Origin: Trichoplax adhaerens
Taxonomy: Eukaryota > Animalia > Placozoa
Direction of reading: 5' to 3'
Assembly: GCF_000150275.1 (NCBI RefSeq)
Contig: NW_002061346.1
Location: forward strand, 1-5,295
DNA: 5,295 nt
This document shows, one piece after another, positions 1 to 5,295 of the stretch (position 1 is its first letter; each line of letters starts with the position of its first letter). A program made the translations under genes and the position numbers. Below the pieces are notes generated by a model, which did not search any database, was not told the origin of the DNA, and worked only from the letters and a program-made list of their open reading frames with translations.

Positions 1-649
1 CTAGAATAAAGCAAGGGAAAAGGTGGAAATAGAGCAGACTATGGAGAAAAAGTCTGCCAATTGGCAGATTGGGCTAGACTACCAACAAATTGAATTGCCA
101 TTTTAATTGAATTGAATTTACTGGGGTCATTTGATAATAAAAATGGGACAGCCAATGTCGTTAATATACGTTTGTGTGATCTCTACGTATGTATGCGTCT
201 TTCTACAGATGGCTGGAAAAGAAAGCCTGTAGTAAATACTAGCTGGATATTTGATTACCGGCAGTAGAGGAGGCAAAAATCAATGTACATTGTTCCATTT
301 CGCCATGCACAATCGCATATTCTAAACATTGCATATCATTATTTTATTGAATGAAACCTAGCGGACTACGATGTTTATTTTTAACCTCTTTATGTTGAGA
401 TATTTCCTGGATAGATTAGAACGTATGAACATTTTTATTGATACAGTATAGCTTGTGCAGTTGTAAGCTTGACTAATTTTCATGGAGATATTATGCAATG
501 AATAAGCCAACCTCCTCTAGAAGCCTATAATTATATACAAATTGGTAATGATATCATTTTATTTCATAGCCATTCCTGTAGTAAGAAAGTGGCCGGCCAT
601 TGCTATACCGTTGGCTTTGCCTGCAAAATCAATGTCTCTACAGTAATGA

Positions 650-1080
650 TAATAACCAATCTGCTGCGGCTGACGTCACTACTTTCATACAGTTCACCAT
701 GGCTGTACTACGCCGTGAAGTTAGTATGGGTACCAAACTGCGTTTCCGTCATAGTATAGCGCACCACCCCCCATACTTGCTTTACACACCGAAACGGCCA
801 ACCCACCAATGAACTGTGTGTTGACGCATCCTGTACGTTGTACAGTATACTGTACAATGTACGACCACTCGTGCAGTACTGTGACTGTTGGCGAGGGCAA
901 TGGACTACGCCAACGCGTTGTACCCTAAGGTCTGCCTACCTGGGCACTGGGCCAGGGACTCGACACGAAGTAAAACCGCCGTACGGAGAAGCCTTGAGTG
1001 TCTGAAATCGCATCAATCAATCGGCCCAAGACAAACCACTCAATAACGGTATTAGATTTGCGTTTTGGCCTTACAACACG
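650..1080 (+). promoter_or_regulatory. Putative promoter / 5' UTR region of the MTMR gene
   Basis: A visibly more GC- and CpG-rich stretch directly upstream of the ATG. It contains CCAAT at 656-660 and 806-810, a perfect CRE (TGACGTCA) at 671-678 and a palindrome at 833-862. The transcription start cannot be determined. Confidence 0.45.
833..862. repeat. Palindrome / inverted repeat
   Basis: TTGTACAGTATACTGTACAA (838-857) is a perfect 20-bp palindrome. It extends to 30 bp (833-862) with a single G/T mismatch. Confidence 0.9.
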
Positions 1081-1104
1081 ATGGATTACCTACAAACAAC
1101 TAAG
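1081..1104 (+). CDS. MTMR6: MTMR6/7/8 exon 1 (MDYLQTTK)
   Basis: The ATG has a strong Kozak context (acgATGG). Eight codons are followed by the donor AAG|gtatgt (phase 0). It resembles the vertebrate MTMR6/7/8 N-termini as I recall them (MEHIRTTK-like). Confidence 0.85.
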
Positions 1105-4100
1105 GTATGTTAGCCAAGAATAAAATCGAGACCACACGATCATGCTATTCCAACTGATTTTCAAATTTCCCTTCATGTCTGGCGTTATACAGTCCATGGG
1201 ATTGTGAAGAATTGATCAAAATGTTGTCATACGGGTCCAGTTGAGACTAGTTGAGACTAGTTGAGGCTAGTTGAGGCTAGTTGAGACTGGTTGAGGCTAG
1301 TTGAGACTGGTTGAGACTAGTTGAGATGGATGTGTTGTCTTCCCTCTAGGTTGTATCTGGCTCTAGTATCTGCCTTTGGATAGATCGTTATACAGTCCAT
1401 GGGATTGTAAAGAATTGATCGAAATGTTGTCATACGGGTCCAGATAAGGCTGGTTAAGACTAGTTGAGACTGGTTGAAACTAGTTGAGACGGATGTGTTG
1501 TCTTCCCTCTAGGTATATCTGCCTTTGGATAGATCGTTATACAGTCCATGGGATTGTAAAGAATTGATCAAAATGTTGTCATACGGGTCCAGTTGAGGCT
1601 AGTTGAGACTGGTTGAGACTGGTTGAGACTGGTTGAGACTGGTTGAGACTGGTTGAGACTGGTTGAGACTGGTGGAGACTAGTTGAGACGGATGTGTTGT
1701 CTTCCCTTTAGGTATATCTGCCTTTGGATAGATCAGCCAGCGATGATGAGTTCTAGAGGGGAGGGATTATTTTCTTCCTTGATTTAAAATGGCTGTAATC
1801 AAGTCAACATTCGACGGCTAAAGTAGTGGTGTAGAAGGATAGCTGTACAACGTATCAGTAAATTAGTGATCGATCAATGATACGGACTACGATCAAGGGG
1901 TAGACTACTGATGATAGCATGCCATCACGCCTAACGACGATTAGCGGCTGCTAGCTTCTCTCTTCACTCCTTACATACATTCATCTCGCTTACATAAATC
2001 CATATTCTATCCAATGCATATAGATATACACTCATGTAGATTTGCCTTTTAAATCAGACGAAAGTGACAAGCTAAGTAATAATCAATAAAATAGGTTAAA
2101 TAGGGTCCCGGTTATCGATGAGATAGAATGACAAGCTCTGTTTGCAAGGCACAATGCTTTTACAACAGTCGATATTTCTTTCAAATAATCTATCGTATCA
2201 ACCTTGATGGTTTACCGTAAGCGGCAAGCTCCAACTTTCATTTTTTGTTTTTGGACATGATGATTGATGACTTGCATACTGTAATTCACTTCAATTAAAT
2301 CGACTGGCTATGGTTCGTAAGTTGCTAATGCAATAAAATCGTCAAGCTTACAATCTGTTATCAGGTTAGGAAGACTAGCTAAGAGCGACGGCCCGGCCTA
2401 TAGTGCAGTACTGGCGTGAAAATAGTCACTGATTCAATGATGTGGTGACAGAGAAAGGATTATGTTATCCACAGTACATAATGGATTGAAGATAGATTAA
2501 TTGACAAGGTTAAAATACGTTTATCCACTACAAACAGAAATCTTTCGGCGTAATTTATCGCTAATGAATGCTCACACACACTGACGACAATACGCTGCAG
2601 TATGCCTTTCGTGGCATAGAATTAGTAATACTTTATGGATACTATCACTAGTTGGAACGATTAAAATCTCACGTTATCAGGTTCAAATAGGTACATAGAC
2701 TATAAATCGTAATCTTACCAAGCAGTTATCACCAAAGAGTATTGACATCCTACGTGATACAATACCAGTGAGTATGCTATGTTGAACATAAAATGAGTCA
2801 TACTTTACAGAAACTATTACTAGTTTTCTAAAGAATAGCACATTACATTATACAATCATCGATAGTACGATTCTTAGATTCAAAATTATCAAAGAATGGA
2901 CAGTTAAGATGGTCGATCAATGTGATTTTATCGTGGATGACTCACTGGTAAATGCGTTACGAGATCACTTCATTTTATTGATTGATTACTTCCAGACGCA
3001 GCTTAATATTACGTATTGATCGAATATATTTTGACAGACGCATAANATGTAAAAACGATTGGCTAGAAACGTACTATTATTAACCTTTGACGGATTATTT
3101 ACTTGTACTCATCTATCGTCCTTTATACACTAAGAATTGTGATTTGATTTCAAATTTGTATGTACCANNNNNNNNNNNNNNNNNNNNNNNNNNNNNNNNN
3201 NNNNNNNNNNNNNNNNNNNNNNNNNNNNNNNNNNNNNNNNNNNNNNNNNNNNNNNNNNNNNNNNNNNNNNNNNNNNNNNNNNNNNNNNNNNNNNNNNNNN
3301 NNNNNNNNNNNNNNNNNNNNNNNNNNNNNNNNNNNNNNNNNNNNNNNNNNNNNNNNNNNNNNNNNNNNNNNNNNNNNNNNNNNNNNNNNNNNNNNNNNNN
3401 NNNNAATACTTGTCATAAATTAGATTAATAGCAACATTAGTTTTAACTTGTTCATTTTTGGATCAATTATATTAAATAGACCTTTGAGTGATTGCTAAAG
3501 TAAAGTTTTAGTGCAATTTTGGTAAATCAGATTTTTCATCATGGTATCAGCCAAACTGATCCAGTGATAATTTTCTTATATTTTTAGTTATCTTACTCGC
3601 ATATAGCTACTGTGGAGAAGCAGCAAATTAGTATTAAAGGAGCACCACTAAAAATTGTCTGTAAAGATTTTCGTGTCCTAAACTTTGTCTTCTACAAGGA
3701 GCCTGATTGTCAAGACGTTTATGTCTCACTACAAAATTTAACAAAACCAGGTATGTTTACTAATGTAGAAATATTAATTGAAATTAGGCGTAGTAATTAC
3801 TACCAATTCCTAAAATTACTTGTTTAAAATTATCGTCCTCAGTAAATTATGCGGAATTGCACGCCTTTACTTACGAACCTCCTGGTAGTAAATGGCCTAG
3901 ATCTGACGGATGGAATATTTTCGAATTCGAAGCTGAAATGGCTCGCTTAGAAGTACCGAGTGATTTGTGGAGGAAAACAGATATTAATAAAGATTATAAG
4001 GTAAAATTGCGATCATAAATCTATTTAATGTACACACGTTGTTGTTCCTTAGCTACTACCATATGTAGAGTTGATTCTTCGCTTATGATCTAAAACTATT

Positions 4101-5295
4101 ACCGTCGTATTATATTAGCAATCGCTGAATAACATGATTATGTAATGGTGTTGTAAATACTCTGTGTAGCTATGTCCAACCTATCCTGAAGTCTTGTATG
4201 TGCCAGCGACAGCTACAGAAGAGACTCTAACCGGTAGTGCATCTTTTCGTAGCAGAGGTAGACTACCCGTTTTGACTTATTACCATAAATACAACAAGGT
4301 AGAATTTTGTTTTATTATTGTTAAAGCTATCTAAACTAATAATTAGCGAGTACTAGACTACTCGATCTGATAGATTTGATAGACAATTTATTCGTAAGGT
4401 TATTTTTCAGTACATGTTAAATTCTTGCACGTAGACTGCCTTATGCCGCAGTAGTCAGCCATTAACAGGAATGCGGGGAAGAAGCGTAGATGATGAACAA
4501 TTATTACAGGCTGTAATTCAATCAAATCCGAAGTCTCCTGTTATGTATATAGTAGATACCAGACCTAAGGTAATTCGACCAATGTCATTTACTTATATTA
4601 TCATTTATTGATGTCTATACTTATTTAAGAATTGCATTATGGACTGAATTTAGATTAATGCTATGGCGAATAAGGCTGCTGGCAAAGGTTATGAAAATTT
4701 GGACAATTATCCTAATGTTCTATATCGATTTCGTGGAATACAAAATATTCATGTTATGCGAGAGAGTTTGCAAAAGTTATCGGAAGGTTAGCCAATTACT
4801 CCACGATCATGTGAATATCATTAATTTTTTATGCTAATCAATCGCTAACTTGTAATTAATGTGTCTTCTAGTTATAGAAAATCCTGCGCTAAATGCTGGC
4901 GAATTTTTCGATTCTTTAGATAGTAGTAGTTGGCTTAAGCATATTAGATCAGTAATTGATACGTCTAGATTTATTGCCCTGGTTAGTATCGCGTCGGTAC
5001 AAGACGAAATTCAGATTTAAAGGATTACCTTGTTTTTTAAAGTGACGCAGATTGTAATGTTATATTTTTTAGGCAATGCTAATGGATAATGCATCAGTAT
5101 TATGCCACTGTAGTGATGGATGGGATAGAACTGCTCAAACATGTGCTTTAGCATCGTTATTTCTTGACCCATATTACAGAACAATTAAAGGCTACCAGGT
5201 ACAGTAAATTGGCTATTCCAATATAGTTGCCAGTCATTCTATAAACAATATAAATTGACGCTTTAGATATTAATGAGAAAGACTGGCTGCATTGC
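1081..5295 (+). CDS. MTMR6: Myotubularin-related phosphoinositide 3-phosphatase, MTMR6/7/8 subfamily (spliced, 3'-partial; PH-GRAM plus PTP-like phosphatase domain)
   Basis: Manual splicing gives MDYLQTTK / [exon 2 missing] / [11 protein letters not shown]...CKDFRVLNF... / ...AFTYEP...DGW...INKDYK / LCPTYP...[12 protein letters not shown]... / ALCRSSQPL...IVDTRPK / [15 protein letters not shown]...[15 protein letters not shown] / ...WLKHI... / [34 protein letters not shown] / IL(I)EKDWL. These are hallmark myotubularin motifs. The short M-x6-K first exon and the [13 protein letters not shown] motif point to the MTMR6/7/8 clade. The symbol denotes the subfamily; orthology among 6, 7 and 8 cannot be resolved from this window. 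Confidence 0.96.
1239..1327. repeat. 10-bp minisatellite (RGTTGAGRCT) x9
   Basis: Directly visible periodicity of 10. Confidence 0.95.
1442..1490. repeat. 10-bp minisatellite x5 (degenerate)
   Basis: agataaggct ggttaagact agttgagact ggttgaaact agttgagac. Confidence 0.9.
1591..1689. repeat. 10-bp minisatellite (mostly GGTTGAGACT) x10
   Basis: Directly visible, including six consecutive identical units at 1611-1670. Confidence 0.95.
3168..3404. other. Assembly gap (237 N)
   Basis: Run of N. An isolated N at 3046 indicates low-quality flanking sequence. Confidence 0.99.
3588..3750 (+). CDS. MTMR6: MTMR6/7/8 exon 3, PH-GRAM ([54 protein letters not shown])
   Basis: Acceptor tttttag|tta, donor ccag|gtatgt, 163 nt, ends in phase 1. 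It overlaps ORF-track entry 3612..3827. Confidence 0.93.
3843..4000 (+). CDS. MTMR6: MTMR6/7/8 exon 4 ([53 protein letters not shown])
   Basis: Acceptor cctcag|ta, donor aag|gtaaaa, 158 nt. The AF-Y, GW and W---IN-DY motifs of myotubularins are present. Confidence 0.94.
4170..4298 (+). CDS. MTMR6: MTMR6/7/8 exon 5 ([43 protein letters not shown])
   Basis: Acceptor tgtgtag|cta, donor aag|gtagaa, 129 nt. Contains the LC-TYP and FRSRGR-PVL motifs. Confidence 0.96.
4435..4569 (+). CDS. MTMR6: MTMR6/7/8 exon 6 ([45 protein letters not shown])
   Basis: Acceptor cacgtag|act, donor aag|gtaatt, 135 nt. Contains the RSSQPL and DTRPK motifs. Confidence 0.96.
4654..4786 (+). CDS. MTMR6: MTMR6/7/8 exon 7 ([44 protein letters not shown])
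   Basis: Acceptor atttag|att, donor gaag|gttagc, 133 nt, ends in phase 1. Contains the NAMAN-AAGKGYE and NIHVMR-SL motifs. Confidence 0.96.
4872..4981 (+). CDS. MTMR6: MTMR6/7/8 exon 8 ([37 protein letters not shown])
   Basis: Acceptor tcttctag|tt, donor ctg|gttagt, 110 nt. Contains the L-SS-WL-HI motif. An in-frame alternative AG lies at 4876-4877. Confidence 0.92.
5073..5198 (+). CDS. MTMR6: MTMR6/7/8 exon 9 with catalytic CX5R loop ([42 protein letters not shown])
   Basis: Acceptor ttttttag|gca, donor cag|gtacag, 126 nt. HCSDGWDRT lies at 5106-5132 (Cys codon 5109-5111, Arg codon 5127-5129), the signature of active myotubularins. Confidence 0.97.
5267..5295 (+). CDS. MTMR6: MTMR6/7/8 exon 10, partial, with apparent sequencing frameshifts (expected ILIEKDWLAFG-like)
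   Basis: Acceptor ctttag|ata. The sequence reads ata tta at- gag aaa gac tgg ct- gca tt- -gc, so EKDWL appears only after a one-base shift. Confidence 0.8.

Larger units (their letters stand above)
1183..1733. repeat. Higher-order tandem repeat of 3 units (1183-1385, 1386-1534, 1535-1733), each enclosing a 10-mer minisatellite
   Basis: Each unit is cgttatacagtccatgggattgtraagaattgatcraaatgttgtcatacgggtcc + (RGTTGAGRCT)n + ggatgtgttgtcttccctytaggt...atctgcctttggatagat. Unit lengths of 203/149/199 nt are fully explained by n = 9/5/10 plus a 14-nt insertion in unit 1. Confidence 0.97.

Noticed and set aside
209-267. Acceptor tctttctacag followed by (D)GWKRKPVVNTSWIFDYRQ*, faintly like a BRCT C-terminal motif
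   Set aside because: It is only 19 codons with no convincing upstream partner exon in the window, so it cannot be distinguished from chance.
600-812. ORF-track 70-aa ORF
   Set aside because: It has a TTG start and no recognizable motif, and lies in the GC-richer promoter region where chance ORFs are longer.
1513-1596. Satellite-derived VYLPLDR... as the missing exon 2
   Set aside because: The LDR resemblance is superficial. The frame stops within 27 codons, lacks the GxLxLTxTHL motif and has no suitable donor.
1183-1733. CRISPR-like repeat/spacer appearance
   Set aside because: The intervening segments are themselves 10-mer tandem arrays, not unique spacers. The context is a eukaryotic intron with no cas genes.
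1743-2432. Box C (ATGATGA at 1743 and 2257) and box D (CTGA at 1908 and 2429) as intronic snoRNAs
   Set aside because: The C-D distances of ~170 nt are long, and I saw no terminal stems or recognizable rRNA antisense elements. A snoscan or Infernal search would be needed.
2465-2529. DnaA-box-like TTATCCACA (2465-2473) and TTATCCACT (2521-2529)
   Set aside because: The context is a eukaryotic intron, and two 9-mers in AT-rich DNA are not evidence of a bacterial origin.
3087-3428. Three ORF-track ORFs spanning the N run
   Set aside because: They are artefacts of reading through the assembly gap.
3751-3827. C-terminal part of ORF 3612..3827 (GMFTNVEIL...)
   Set aside because: This is intron read-through past the gtatgt donor at 3751. 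Homology resumes at 3843.
1081-5295. Pseudogene or catalytically dead MTMR (e.g. MTMR9-like)
   Set aside because: The CX5R motif CSDGWDR is intact, eight exons are open with canonical splice sites, and defects occur only beside the gap and at the window end.

Overview
This is AT-rich, intron-rich eukaryotic (most likely invertebrate animal) genomic DNA. It holds the 5' two-thirds of a + strand myotubularin-family phosphoinositide 3-phosphatase gene of the MTMR6/7/8 subfamily. I reconstructed it by hand as join(1081..1104, [exon 2 not readable], 3588..3750, 3843..4000, 4170..4298, 4435..4569, 4654..4786, 4872..4981, 5073..5198, 5267..>5295). All readable introns are GT-AG with consistent phases, and the catalytic HCSDGWDRT motif is intact. 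Exon 2 is either inside the 237-N assembly gap (3168-3404) or garbled in the low-quality sequence just before it. The last exon fragment shows apparent base-drop errors at the window end. The long first intron carries a nested satellite: three ~150-200 bp units, each with a variable-length 10-mer array and a cryptic polypyrimidine-AG|GT site. The upstream region has a CRE site, CCAAT boxes and a 20-30 bp palindrome. I see no prokaryotic system and no clearly novel multi-gene system. The best leads are the nested satellite, the unusual CHC active-site context and a weak death-fold-like reading frame in intron 1.
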